Positions 21,971-31,688 of a stretch of DNA of 64,000 nt are shown piece by piece. The notes under the pieces were generated by a model. The model was not told the DNA's origin. It was given only the letters and a program-made list of their open reading frames with translations, and made no database searches. Made by a program: the position numbers and the translations under genes. The first letter of the stretch is position 1. Each line of letters opens with the position of its first letter. This stretch comes from Treponemataceae bacterium (GTDB lineage: Bacteria > Spirochaetota > Spirochaetia > Treponematales > Rectinemataceae), in NCBI GenBank assembly GCA_963667725.2, contig CAXXHO010000003.1, forward strand, positions 1,568,001 through 1,632,000. The letters run 5' to 3'.

Positions 21971-23872
21971 TTAAATCTTGGATCGGTATTCCTTGGCTGT
22001 CGTGCCGGTCAGTTTTTTGAAGGTGCTGCTGAAATAATTGGGATTGTTAAAGCCTACTTCGTAGGCGATCTCGGCGATGCCCTTTTCCGTGGAAGCCAGA
22101 AGCAACTTGGCCTTGTCGATCCTCAGTGAGGTGAGGTGATCCACAAAGGTAGAGCCTGTCTCCTGCTTGAAGAGACTCAGAAAATACGACGGGCTTACGA
22201 ACACCTCTTTCGCCACATCCTTATAGCTCAAGGGCTGTCCATAGTTTTCTTCTATATATTTGATCGCGCTTCTAATGAGGGATTTCGAACGTTTTTCATA
22301 GACATGGGCAACGAGATTCGCTATCTCATCGACGATCTTCGAGAGCCATCGTTCGGCGGTCTGCGCGTCTTTGACATGGGCGATGTCATCGAAACAGTTG
22401 CCGACCAAGGCGTTCAATTTAGTTTCGTCTCCCCCGCCCAGAATGGCAGCGTCTATCATGGAGCCGAGAAGCTCATAGAGCCGCAACGTCAGGGCATCGG
22501 GCTTTTCGGCGATACATCGCGTGAACTTTTCCATGAAGTCGGAAAAAGCCTGCCGGCTGCCCTCTGGATCGCCCACCTTGATCAGGGAAAGAAGCCTTTC
22601 CTTTTCCTTGACGGGATAGGCGTTGATTCTCGGATCGTGTTCGCTAATGTTGTCCACGTGGACGATGTCGGCATTATCGAAGTGTTCGGCGTATTCCTGG
22701 GCGTTCAAGGCTTCGTGATATGATTTTCGCAGATCCTCCACCCTATCGTAGCTTCTGCCAATCCCCATGACGACACCGCGTCCGAGAGTTCGGGTAATCT
22801 CGCTTTGCAACGCCTCGAGAATGTCCCACAAGGCGGTGCGTTTTCCTGACTCACCATCCGTCGGCAATCTCAGGGCTATTCCGATTCTGCCCTTCGTGAG
22901 GGGAAGCGGAAGGTAAGCGTCCTCGTCCAGGGCCCGGGACAGATGCCTGGTGGCGATCTTGATCACCTCATCCATCGAACCCAGCTCTTTGAAAGGCTGA
23001 TTTCCCTCCCCTCGCAGCTTGATCATGACGATGGTGTTGGGGCAGACCTTGCCCAGGCAGGAGAGCATGTCCGTCAGCTTGGCCTTGGAGAATTCGCTAA
23101 AGGCTACATTATCGATGATGTCCTCTTTTATGAAGGGAATGAGGTTTTCGTAGTTGCGGTAGACTTCCCTGACATCGATGAGGACACTCCATCCGAAGAG
23201 GGTTGCGCTGAGGATGGATACGGTGTAGTAGATTTCCCACTTCTTCGTGAGGGAGCCGACAATAAAGGCGACAGCGAAAATCGATACCCCGCCATTAAAA
23301 AGAAAGTGCTTGTTCTTGAGCAAATCTCGAAACGAGGAGCCAAGCTGAAGCCTAGCCAATTTGATGGATGAGGACAGGAACATCAGGGCACCGGTGACCA
23401 CCTGGACGCCGATTGTCACCTCTCTTCCGTAAAAAGGAGGGCTGCGTTCGGGGGTTAGGTTGTCGAAGGCAGTGATTCCGGCAAACTGGAACAGCACCTT
23501 GCTCGACTTGGTGCCCAGGGTGTTGAAAACGACATAGGTGAGGCCGAGCAGGACGCCAATCGATACGATAGCTCTTTCCAGCCCCTTCACCCTTCGCCGG
23601 TTGAATAGATTGGAGCCAAGGATGATGACAGGCGCGATGACCGCGCAGAGTATGAATACCCTGATATTGACGATGATAAGGGAGGCCGGGTAAGGGCCAA
23701 GCATTAGCTGCAGCGGCCTTCCCAGAGAAAAAATGCTCATGCCGACGAGGAAGACGATGAAATACCAGTATGAACTCGCTCTGGCTGGGTTGGCTATTAT
23801 GAAATACACGAAATAGAGGAGAAAGAAGAGCCCGGCGACGAGGGGCGCTATGATATTGGAAAATAATGACAT
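21971..23872 (-). CDS. AraC-family regulator with N-terminal multi-TM sensor
   Basis: About 7 hydrophobic helices in the N-terminal 230 aa; GIG...SYHEALNA central domain; C-terminal AraC HTH (SPSYFLSLFKQETG, VGFNNPNYFS). Confidence 0.85.
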   Translation of the reverse strand: MSLFSNIIAPLVAGLFFLLYFVYFIIANPARASSYWYFIVFLVGMSIFSLGRPLQLMLGPYPASLIIVNIRVFILCAVIAPVIILGSNLFNRRRVKGLERAIVSIGVLLGLTYVVFNTLGTKSSKVLFQFAGITAFDNLTPERSPPFYGREVTIGVQVVTGALMFLSSSIKLARLQLGSSFRDLLKNKHFLFNGGVSIFAVAFIVGSLTKKWEIYYTVSILSATLFGWSVLIDVREVYRNYENLIPFIKEDIIDNVAFSEFSKAKLTDMLSCLGKVCPNTIVMIKLRGEGNQPFKELGSMDEVIKIATRHLSRALDEDAYLPLPLTKGRIGIALRLPTDGESGKRTALWDILEALQSEITRTLGRGVVMGIGRSYDRVEDLRKSYHEALNAQEYAEHFDNADIVHVDNISEHDPRINAYPVKEKERLLSLIKVGDPEGSRQAFSDFMEKFTRCIAEKPDALTLRLYELLGSMIDAAILGGGDETKLNALVGNCFDDIAHVKDAQTAERWLSKIVDEIANLVAHVYEKRSKSLIRSAIKYIEENYGQPLSYKDVAKEVFVSPSYFLSLFKQETGSTFVDHLTSLRIDKAKLLLASTEKGIAEIAYEVGFNNPNYFSSTFKKLTGTTAKEYRSKI

Positions 23873-23953
23873 CGTCTCATATCCGGTTTTGTTTCATTAT
23901 TGTCTGATCATACTAGGCGGGAAATCCCCAGGCGTCAAGGAAGTATTATTTAT

Positions 23954-24604
23954 CTACGATGCCGCGAGCCGAGCGAATTCCGCCAGGATCATCGCCGTGA
24001 GCCCCCAGACTATACTTCCCCCGAAATCGTAACAGGGTACCGACCAGTCCTCGTCCGCGCGTCGCATGGCAAAGGTTGAAATGGAAGCAGGGTCTGTCAG
24101 CGCCGCCAGGGGAATCTCGAACAGATCGTCCACCTCCTCCCGCTGAAGGCGATAGACAGGCATATCCTCGGTAAAAGCGACGAAAGGGTGAACATGATAG
24201 CCGGACGGCAGGGCCGAGATTTCGCTCAAGGCACCAAGGACCGACGATTCCGGCAGCCTGACGCCGATCTCCTCCTCCGTCTCGCGCAGCGCCGCGTCGA
24301 GAGGACTCTCGCCCGGCTCGAGGGCGCCGCCGGGGAAGGCTATCTGTCCGGCATGGTGCCTCAGGCTGCCGGGCCGTTCGATCAGAGGGAATGTGAGCCC
24401 GTCGCGCGCCGGATGCAGGAGGATCAGAACGGAAGCTTCTCGGAAACCTTCCCGCTCGGGTCGCGGGAGAAGGCCCTCGTCCCCTCTGAATGGGGGCGAC
24501 ATAAGCCTCCACGCCTCGATGCCGGGCAGGGGTCCGAGAAGAGCCTGCCTTATGGCGCGACATTCGTCGCTCAGGCGCTTAGCGCTCACGCGCTTAGCGC
24601 TCAC
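23954..24604 (-). CDS. CoA pyrophosphatase (Nudix, NudL-like)
   Basis: HAGQIAFPGG, ALRETEEEIG Nudix box, VWGLTA. Confidence 0.9.
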   Translation of the reverse strand: MSAKRVSAKRLSDECRAIRQALLGPLPGIEAWRLMSPPFRGDEGLLPRPEREGFREASVLILLHPARDGLTFPLIERPGSLRHHAGQIAFPGGALEPGESPLDAALRETEEEIGVRLPESSVLGALSEISALPSGYHVHPFVAFTEDMPVYRLQREEVDDLFEIPLAALTDPASISTFAMRRADEDWSVPCYDFGGSIVWGLTAMILAEFARLAAS

Positions 24605-24609
24605 GCGCT
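24575..24609. repeat. 15-bp tandem repeat (2.3 copies)
   Basis: GCGCTTAGCGCTCAC twice plus GCGCT, at the ABC stop / Nudix start overlap. Confidence 0.85.
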
Positions 24610-26502
24610 CTCCAGTTTATCGAACTGGCTGTTGTAGAGATTCGCGTAGAACCCGCCGGCGGCGATGAGATTATCATGAGTGCCCTGCTCGACGATGTCG
24701 CCGTGGTCCATCACGAGGATCCAGTCGGCGTCCCGTATGGTCGACAGGCGGTGGGCTATGATGAAGCTCGTCCTGCCCTTCATGAGTACGCCCATCGCTT
24801 TCTGTATGAGGACCTCGGTGTGGGTATCCACCGAGCTCGTCGCCTCGTCGAGGATGAGCATGGGCGGATTGGCGAGTATGGCCCGCGCGATGGTGAGAAG
24901 CTGCTTCTGGCCTTGTGAGATGTTAGTCGTTTCCTCGTTGAGCTCGGTCTGGTAACCCTGTGGGAAAGCCCTGATGAAGTGGTCCACATGGGCCGCCCTG
25001 GCCGCTTCGACGGCCTCCTCCTCGGAAGCGCCGATTTTTCCGTAGCGGATGTTGTCGAGGATGCTGCCGTTAAAAAGCCATGTATCCTGCAGCACCATGC
25101 CGAACATGCGCCGCAGATCGGCCCTCGCGTACTCGCGGATATCCTTGCCGTCAATGAGAATAGCCCCTTCCTTCACGTCGTAGAAACGCATGAGGAGCTT
25201 GACAAGGGTCGTCTTGCCCGCGCCCGTCGGCCCCACGATGGCGACCCGCTTTCCGGGCTCCACCTTCGCCGAGAAATTATTGATGATGATCTTGTCGTCG
25301 AGATAGCCGAAATGGACATTCCTGAATTCAACCGCTCCCTCGACCTTCGCGGGTTTCAGGGCTTCATCGCTTTCCGGCGTTTCTTCGGTCTCTTCCAGAA
25401 ATTCGAAGACCCTCTCGGCCGAGGCCGCCGTCTGCTGCAGGACGTTGGATATGTTCGCGATCTGGCTTATCGGCTGGGTGAATGAGCGGACGTACTGGAT
25501 GAAGGCCTGGATATCGCCGAGACTTATCGCTTTCCTGGCCGCGAGATAGCCGCCCATGATGGTGACGCCCACGTAGCCGAGGTTCCCCACGAAGTTCATC
25601 ATGGGCATCATTATTCCTGAGAGAAACTGCGATTTCCACGCCGAGCTGTAGAGCGAGTCGTTGATGCCTTCGAACTTCTCAATGTTCTTCGCCTCGCCGC
25701 TAAAGGCCTTGACGACCGCGTGGCTTCCGAACATTTCCTCGATGTGGCCGTTGGCATGGCCGAGAAATTCCTGCTGCTGCTTGAAGTACTTCTGCGACTG
25801 GTTGACGATGAGTCGGATCAGGATCATCGACAGCGGAAGGATGAGAAGGGCGACGAGGGTCAGCTGCCAGCTGATGGTGAGCATCATCACGAGAACGCCC
25901 AGGACGGTGACGAGCGAGGTGATCATCTGGGTCAGGCTCTGGCTCAGGGTCTGGTTGACCGTGTCCACGTCGTTGGTCATGCGGGAAAGCACTTCGCCGT
26001 GGTTCGTGCCGTCGAAATACTTGAGCGGCATCCTGTTGATCTTGGCGAGGATATCCTTGCGGAATTGGTAGGTGATCTTGATCGAAACGCCTGACATGAT
26101 CCAGCCCTGGATGTAGCTAAAAAACGCCGACACGAGGTATAGCCCCAGGACGCCGAGCAGGATCTGGCCTATGGCCTGAAGGTCGATGCCGCCGGATTTC
26201 CCGGCCATCTGCGCCATCACGCCCTCGAAGAGTTTGGTTGTCGCCTTGCCCAGGATTTTGGGGCCGAGAATGGAAAACACCGTGGAACCGACCGCGAAAA
26301 CGAAGACGATTACGATCGGGAGCTTGAAGGGGCTGAGGTATCCGATGAGTTTTTTCATCGTACCCTTGAAATTGCGGGCCTTTTCGCCCTTCATCATGGC
26401 ACCGGGACCGCCGGGGCCTCCGGCGACGCCTCTTCCGAAAGCCGCTCCGGGACGCATTCCCGGTTTGCCCGTCTGTCCTGTCGGATTATGCATGTCACTC
26501 AT
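24601..26502 (-). CDS. ABC exporter, fused permease/ATPase (heterodimer subunit 2)
   Basis: TM domain, GPTGAGKTT, ISQGQKQ, ILDEATSS, AHRLST. Confidence 0.93.
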   Translation of the reverse strand: MSDMHNPTGQTGKPGMRPGAAFGRGVAGGPGGPGAMMKGEKARNFKGTMKKLIGYLSPFKLPIVIVFVFAVGSTVFSILGPKILGKATTKLFEGVMAQMAGKSGGIDLQAIGQILLGVLGLYLVSAFFSYIQGWIMSGVSIKITYQFRKDILAKINRMPLKYFDGTNHGEVLSRMTNDVDTVNQTLSQSLTQMITSLVTVLGVLVMMLTISWQLTLVALLILPLSMILIRLIVNQSQKYFKQQQEFLGHANGHIEEMFGSHAVVKAFSGEAKNIEKFEGINDSLYSSAWKSQFLSGIMMPMMNFVGNLGYVGVTIMGGYLAARKAISLGDIQAFIQYVRSFTQPISQIANISNVLQQTAASAERVFEFLEETEETPESDEALKPAKVEGAVEFRNVHFGYLDDKIIINNFSAKVEPGKRVAIVGPTGAGKTTLVKLLMRFYDVKEGAILIDGKDIREYARADLRRMFGMVLQDTWLFNGSILDNIRYGKIGASEEEAVEAARAAHVDHFIRAFPQGYQTELNEETTNISQGQKQLLTIARAILANPPMLILDEATSSVDTHTEVLIQKAMGVLMKGRTSFIIAHRLSTIRDADWILVMDHGDIVEQGTHDNLIAAGGFYANLYNSQFDKLESA

Positions 26503-28574
26503 GCCAATTCCTCCTGCTTCAGCTGCGACATCGCGATATCGCGGTAGACTTCGCAGGTTTCCATGAGTTCATGGTGCGTGCCTCGCCCCACGAGCCGGCC
26601 CTCGTCGAGGACCAGTATCTGGTCGGCCTGTTTTATGGCGGCGACACGCTGAGTTACAAGAAGTATGGTGCTCTGGCTCAAGGATGCCTTGAGCGCCTGC
26701 CTCAGGAGCGTGTCGGTCCTGAAATCGAGGGCCGAAAAGCTGTCGTCGAAAATGTAGATGGGCGCCTTCTTTACGATGGCGCGCGCGATCGTCAGGCGCT
26801 GTCGCTGGCCGCCCGACACGTTGCCGCCGCCCTGGGAAATCTCGAGGCCCATTCCTTCCGGTTTCGCGTCGATGAATTCCTTTGCCTGGGAAATCTCGAG
26901 GGCGAGCGCCATGTCTTCTTTCGAGGCATTCTCGTCGGCATAGAGCAGATTGCTCTCGACCGTGCCCGAGAAAAGCGAAGCCTTCTGCGGCACGAAGCCG
27001 ATCTTCGAGCGCAGCGCCTCCTGTGAAACCGCCCTGATATCGATTCCTCCAACCATGATCGAGCCCTCGGTCGCGTCGTAGAAACGCGGGATGAGGCTCA
27101 CCAATGTGGATTTGCCCGATCCCGTCGTGCCGATGATGGCGGTCGTCTGCCCGGGCTTCGCCGTAAAGCTGATTTTGCTCAAGACATCATCGGTCGCTCC
27201 CGGATAACGGAAACTCACGTCCTTGAATTCGATGGTGCCTGCGAATTCAGCGCCATAAACGAGGGGAGTCTTCGGATCGACGATGCTTGGCTCGGTGGCG
27301 AGCACTTCCGCTATCCTGTCGGCCGAAACAGAGGCTCTCGGCAGGATGATGAACATCATCGAGAGCATTATGAAGGAGAAGAATATCTGCATGGCATACT
27401 GCATGAAGGCCATCATGTCGCCGACCCTTATCTGCGAAAGGGCGACTTCTTTCGCCCCCGTCCAGACGATAAGGAGGGATACGAGGTTCATGATGAGCAT
27501 CATGAGAGGCATTAGGACGACCATGACCCGCGTCACGAAGAGCATCGTTCCCGTCAAGTCTTTGTTCGCCTTGTCGAAACGCTTCTCCTCCTCGCCCTGC
27601 ATGGCGAAGGCGCGGATAACCATCATGCCCGACAGATTCTCCCTCACCACGAGGTTGAGCTTGTCGATGAGTTTCTGGATGCTTTTAAATTTGGGCAGGG
27701 CTATCGCGAAAACGACGGCGATGACGCCGAGGATGATGGACACCGCAAGCGCGATGATCCACCACATGGAGGAAGCCTTCCCCGTCGCCCTTATGACGCC
27801 GCCTATGCCGATGATCGGGGCGTAGAAGAACATCCGCAAGCCCATGACGGCCACCATCTGCATCTGGGTGATGTCGTTGGTCGAACGCGTGATGAGGGAG
27901 GCTGTGGAAAACTTGTCCAGTTCGGCGAAGGAGAAATTCTCGACCTTCCGGAAGAGGTTGACGCGCAGGTCCCGGGCGAAACCAGCCGCCGTGCGCGCCC
28001 CGAGGAAGCCGACGATGACGGTAGCGACGACGGAAAGAAGGGTCAAAAGAATCATAAGGCCGCCGACCGAAAGAATGTAGGAGGTCTGCAGGGCGACGGT
28101 ATCCATGCCCAGCCTTTCGTATTCGCCCTTGACGGCCTGGACGCCCATCTGGGTTACGATGGAAGGATCGATGCCCGTCAGCCTGGACGATATCGCGCCC
28201 ACCATCAGCGCGTTGAGGCGGCTCCTCGTCGTCGCGTCAATCTTTTTCAGGATGTAGAGAGGCTCGCTCTCCCCGTTGGGATATTTTTTTAGAAGTGCCT
28301 GATGGGCTTCGGAGCCCGGCTCGAAGCGATCGTAAGCCCCGAGGATGGCTGCGCCTTCCTCGGGGGAGACAGTCTGAAGGACCATGTTGAACTTGTTCCC
28401 GCCCATCGCCTGGGGCAGGGAATCTTCGATGCCGCCCTGCTGGATGCCCGTGTTCACGATCCTCGACATGTAGTCGGGCAGGGCCAGGTCGGCGTTGGCC
28501 TGCAGGAAGAGCAAGGCAACGATAAGGACGATGGAAGCCAGATATGGCTTCAGATAACGCATCAATCGGATCAT
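26499..28574 (-). CDS. ABC exporter, fused permease/ATPase (heterodimer subunit 1, degenerate Walker B)
   Basis: GTTGSGKST, VSGGQRQR, IFDDSFSALD, TQR; start set at ATG 28574, overlapping the MarR stop. Confidence 0.92.
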   Translation of the reverse strand: MIRLMRYLKPYLASIVLIVALLFLQANADLALPDYMSRIVNTGIQQGGIEDSLPQAMGGNKFNMVLQTVSPEEGAAILGAYDRFEPGSEAHQALLKKYPNGESEPLYILKKIDATTRSRLNALMVGAISSRLTGIDPSIVTQMGVQAVKGEYERLGMDTVALQTSYILSVGGLMILLTLLSVVATVIVGFLGARTAAGFARDLRVNLFRKVENFSFAELDKFSTASLITRSTNDITQMQMVAVMGLRMFFYAPIIGIGGVIRATGKASSMWWIIALAVSIILGVIAVVFAIALPKFKSIQKLIDKLNLVVRENLSGMMVIRAFAMQGEEEKRFDKANKDLTGTMLFVTRVMVVLMPLMMLIMNLVSLLIVWTGAKEVALSQIRVGDMMAFMQYAMQIFFSFIMLSMMFIILPRASVSADRIAEVLATEPSIVDPKTPLVYGAEFAGTIEFKDVSFRYPGATDDVLSKISFTAKPGQTTAIIGTTGSGKSTLVSLIPRFYDATEGSIMVGGIDIRAVSQEALRSKIGFVPQKASLFSGTVESNLLYADENASKEDMALALEISQAKEFIDAKPEGMGLEISQGGGNVSGGQRQRLTIARAIVKKAPIYIFDDSFSALDFRTDTLLRQALKASLSQSTILLVTQRVAAIKQADQILVLDEGRLVGRGTHHELMETCEVYRDIAMSQLKQEELA

Positions 28575-29056
28575 ATGGGATCCTCTCCCTCGCAGTGGGG
28601 GTTCTTCGCGCAGCCTTCGAGAGCCCTGGCCTTGGCGACGAGCATCGCGATGGTTTCGTTCGCGGCTTGCTTTTCCCCCAAAGACAGGGAATCGACGAGA
28701 TCCCTGATCCAGCGCTGGCGCACATGGATGCCCTTCTGGAGGAAGGCCTGCCCCTTCTCGGTCAGGGTCAGGCATTTGCCGCGCCTGTCTTCGGGATTTT
28801 CGCTGCGCTGTATGAAACCCTGCTGGACCAGCCGGTCCAACATCTGGCTCGCGGCGGCGCTCGACACCTGGAGGTCTTCGCCGACATCGGCGACGCCGCA
28901 GCGTCCATTTCTCTTTATCTTGAAAAGGGCGACTGTCTGCGACATCGACAGCCCGTTCTCTTTCGCGTAATGGACGAGGCCGTGCATCGAGTGGCGCATG
29001 ACCAACCTGGTCCACTCCCCCATCGTTTCCAGAAACTCAGTTTCGTTGGGCAACAT
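28571..29056 (-). CDS. MarR-family transcriptional regulator
   Basis: GLSMSQ, SQMLDRLVQQG, DRR, LTEKG. Confidence 0.9.
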   Translation of the reverse strand: MLPNETEFLETMGEWTRLVMRHSMHGLVHYAKENGLSMSQTVALFKIKRNGRCGVADVGEDLQVSSAAASQMLDRLVQQGFIQRSENPEDRRGKCLTLTEKGQAFLQKGIHVRQRWIRDLVDSLSLGEKQAANETIAMLVAKARALEGCAKNPHCEGEDPI

Positions 29057-29067
29057 AAGATCCTTAA

Positions 29068-29089
29068 ATAATTAAGATTACTTAACTAT
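29068..29089. promoter_or_regulatory. Probable MarR operator
   Basis: Inverted repeat ATAATTAAG-ATTA-CTTAACTAT (8/9 match) just upstream of the MarR gene. Confidence 0.6.
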
Positions 29090-29127
29090 AAAGAAATCTT
29101 TTATTTTAGTCAATTTGTCCGCGTCAA

Positions 29128-29736
29128 TTAGGCAGGGCGCTGGATGGCCTCGAAATAGTCCTCCACGAGGAGGGCGACGCATTCTTCCTCGCTCTTCCCC
29201 GTCGATGGCGCTGAAATGACACCAGGCGCGACGGCGGGACAGACCATGGCGGCAAAGAGCGCCTCGGTGCGCACCCGGAGCTCCCAGCCAGGATCGATGC
29301 CAAGGGCAGCGGCCACGCGGAGTTCGCACTCGGCGACGAATTCCCAGAAGTACGATCCCGCGCGCGATGACGACAGGGAAGCGTCCGCGCGGCCGCCGTC
29401 CAGCGCGCCCAAGAAGTGCAGCCGCGTCACGGTCGGATAGCGCAGGGCTCCGATACGGAGGTAGGTGGCGATTTCAAGGATTCTGGCCTTGGGATCCCAT
29501 GGCTGAACGTTCAGGAAGCCCTGAAGATCCTCGAGAGCGTTCTTCCATGAAGCGGCCATGGCCGCCGCCATGAGGGCGTCCTTCGTTCGGTAGTGATAGT
29601 TAATGGCCGCGAGATTGACCTTCGCCTCCGCCGAAATGGCTCTGGCTGTCGCGGCCTCGATCCCCTTCTTCTCTATGATGTCGATCGCGGCGGCAAGGAT
29701 TCTCTCCCTTGTGCCCTCTTCGCTCTTCTCAGGCAT
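29128..29736 (-). CDS. TetR-family regulator
   Basis: TRERILAAA...G...TARAI..EAKVNLAAINYHYRTKDAL. Confidence 0.9.
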   Translation of the reverse strand: MPEKSEEGTRERILAAAIDIIEKKGIEAATARAISAEAKVNLAAINYHYRTKDALMAAAMAASWKNALEDLQGFLNVQPWDPKARILEIATYLRIGALRYPTVTRLHFLGALDGGRADASLSSSRAGSYFWEFVAECELRVAAALGIDPGWELRVRTEALFAAMVCPAVAPGVISAPSTGKSEEECVALLVEDYFEAIQRPA

Positions 29737-30661
29737 CGCTTCCCCCTTGGCCGCCGCCGAGCGCCTTCTCCACCATCGCTTCGCTCAATTCCCAGAGCCG
29801 GCGCGCGGCGGCCGCGTCATAGGAGCGGCGGGACGATCGCAGCGGAACCGCGTCGCGCCAGTACAGCCCCGTTCGTCCCGCCGCTTCCGGCGAAGAAAGG
29901 AGGGCGGCTATCCCCAAAGCCGGCCGAGCCGGACTCGTGCCGCCCCTCCTCCTCATGCTCCAGAAAAGCCCGGTGAGGCCTTGCGCGTGCTTCTGCCCCA
30001 TATCGGTGTTGACGAGCCCAGGGTCTATGGTGAAAACCATCGGTTTTCCTTCCCCCGATCCAGCCTTAAGCGCGCCAGCATCCAGCCTGCGAGCGAGTTC
30101 GCGGGAGAAGAGCACGTTGGCCAGTTTCGACTGCTCGTAAGCCCAGAGGCCCAAATATCGTCTCTCGAGGCTGGGATCATTCCAACGTATCCATCCATAG
30201 TAATGCGATCCCGAACTGACGGTCGCGATCCTGGAGTCGGCGCTCATCGCGGGCAGAAGTTTCGTCGTGAGGAGGAAGGGAGCAAGGTGATTGACAGCGA
30301 ACTGCATTTCCAGGCCTTCCGCCGTGAGCGTTCTTTTTGCGGTGTAGACGCCGGCGCAGTTCACGAGAGCGTCGATGGGCTTGCCGGAATCGGCGAGACG
30401 AGACGCGAGGTCGGCCACTTCGGCCATGCGGCTCAGATCAGCGAGCTCCTGCTGCGGGGGAGGCGCTCCCGCCTCCTCTGCCGCGCTCTTAAAAGCCTTA
30501 GCGACCGCGGACGTCCGCTCTGGATCGCGCCCGACGAAGACCAGTTCGGCCCCTAATCCCAGGAGCGCCTCAACCGTGGCATAGCCGATGCCCGATGTAG
30601 CCCCCGTGACGACACAGCGCTTTCCCTTCAACGAACAGGCATTCATCCCGCACCTCCGCAT
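29729..30661 (-). CDS. SDR oxidoreductase (retinol dehydrogenase-like)
   Basis: TGATSGIG, VNCAG, NHLAPF, YEQSK. Confidence 0.9.
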   Translation of the reverse strand: MRRCGMNACSLKGKRCVVTGATSGIGYATVEALLGLGAELVFVGRDPERTSAVAKAFKSAAEEAGAPPPQQELADLSRMAEVADLASRLADSGKPIDALVNCAGVYTAKRTLTAEGLEMQFAVNHLAPFLLTTKLLPAMSADSRIATVSSGSHYYGWIRWNDPSLERRYLGLWAYEQSKLANVLFSRELARRLDAGALKAGSGEGKPMVFTIDPGLVNTDMGQKHAQGLTGLFWSMRRRGGTSPARPALGIAALLSSPEAAGRTGLYWRDAVPLRSSRRSYDAAAARRLWELSEAMVEKALGGGQGGSDA

Positions 30662-30707
30662 GATGTCATAAAAAAATAGCAGAAATGCGGACAGAGGTCA
30701 AGTTCTG

Positions 30708-30792
30708 TTTTATACGATTGTTTTAAACTATGTTTGACATTTTATTCGAAGCGAGATATATTGAACCACACGTTTCAAACAGTTGTTTTAAT
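30708..30792. promoter_or_regulatory. Divergent promoter region with two related imperfect palindromes (likely TetR operators)
   Basis: TTTTATACGATTGTTTTAAA (30708-30727) and TTTCAAACAGTTGTTTTAAT (30773-30792) flank a TTGACA. Confidence 0.5.
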
Positions 30793-30806
30793 TTGGAGTA
30801 AAGGCA

Positions 30807-31688
30807 ATGGAAAAAGCAGCAGAATTCGCCGTCGTCACCGGCGCGAGCCAAGGCTTGGGAAAGGCCTTCGCCGAAACATTATCGGCCAATGGCTGGAACC
30901 TCATACTGGTCGCTCTTCCGGGAACGGGCTTGTCGGTCTTCGCGGAGGAGCTGCGCCGCCTCCATGGCTCGATCGTCTTCGCTCTCGAGCTGGATCTCTC
31001 CACGGCAAGCGCCCAGCAGGAATTTCTCGCCTTCGCCCTCGCTAGCGAGAGATCCGTCGCCCTCCTCGTCAACAACATGGGCATAGGCGACAACGGCCTT
31101 TTCGATCTCATCCCCATAGAATTCCAGCGGAGAGTCGTCGACGTAAACATCCAAGCCACCATGGCCATCACCTACGGCCTCGTCGAAAGACTCGCCGCGA
31201 GCAAGGGTAGAATCCTCACCGTCGCGAGCCTGGCCGCCTTCTACCCCATGCCGCTTTTCGCGGTTTATGCCGCGAGCAAATCCTTCCTTCTCCACTGGAG
31301 CATAGCCCTCAGGCACGAACTCTCTCCACTCGGGATCTCGGTCACCGCCCTCACGCCGGGAGGAATCTACACGAGCGAGGCGATCAGGGAGAAGACGAAT
31401 TCGCAAGGCTTTTTCGGCCGCCTCTCATCGAAGGAACCTGCCCAAGTAGCGGAGATAGCCCTGCGGGGCGCTTTCGCGGGCAAAGCCCTCGTCGTTCCGG
31501 GATTTTTCAACAAGACCCTGATGGTGCTGGGAAGCAGATCGCCCAAGGACATGACGGCGAAGGCAATATTCAAGCGCTGGCGCGGCGCCCTGGGAAAGGT
31601 GAAGGAAAGCCATGACTGCGGCTGGTTCAATCGGCCCGCGCCGGCGCGCGAACATCGCTTAGCCGAACAGCGTCACCTCGTCGAATAA
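30807..31688 (+). CDS. SDR oxidoreductase (DltE-like)
   Basis: TGASQGLG, LVNN.G, YAASK. Confidence 0.9.
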   Translation: MEKAAEFAVVTGASQGLGKAFAETLSANGWNLILVALPGTGLSVFAEELRRLHGSIVFALELDLSTASAQQEFLAFALASERSVALLVNNMGIGDNGLFDLIPIEFQRRVVDVNIQATMAITYGLVERLAASKGRILTVASLAAFYPMPLFAVYAASKSFLLHWSIALRHELSPLGISVTALTPGGIYTSEAIREKTNSQGFFGRLSSKEPAQVAEIALRGAFAGKALVVPGFFNKTLMVLGSRSPKDMTAKAIFKRWRGALGKVKESHDCGWFNRPAPAREHRLAEQRHLVE

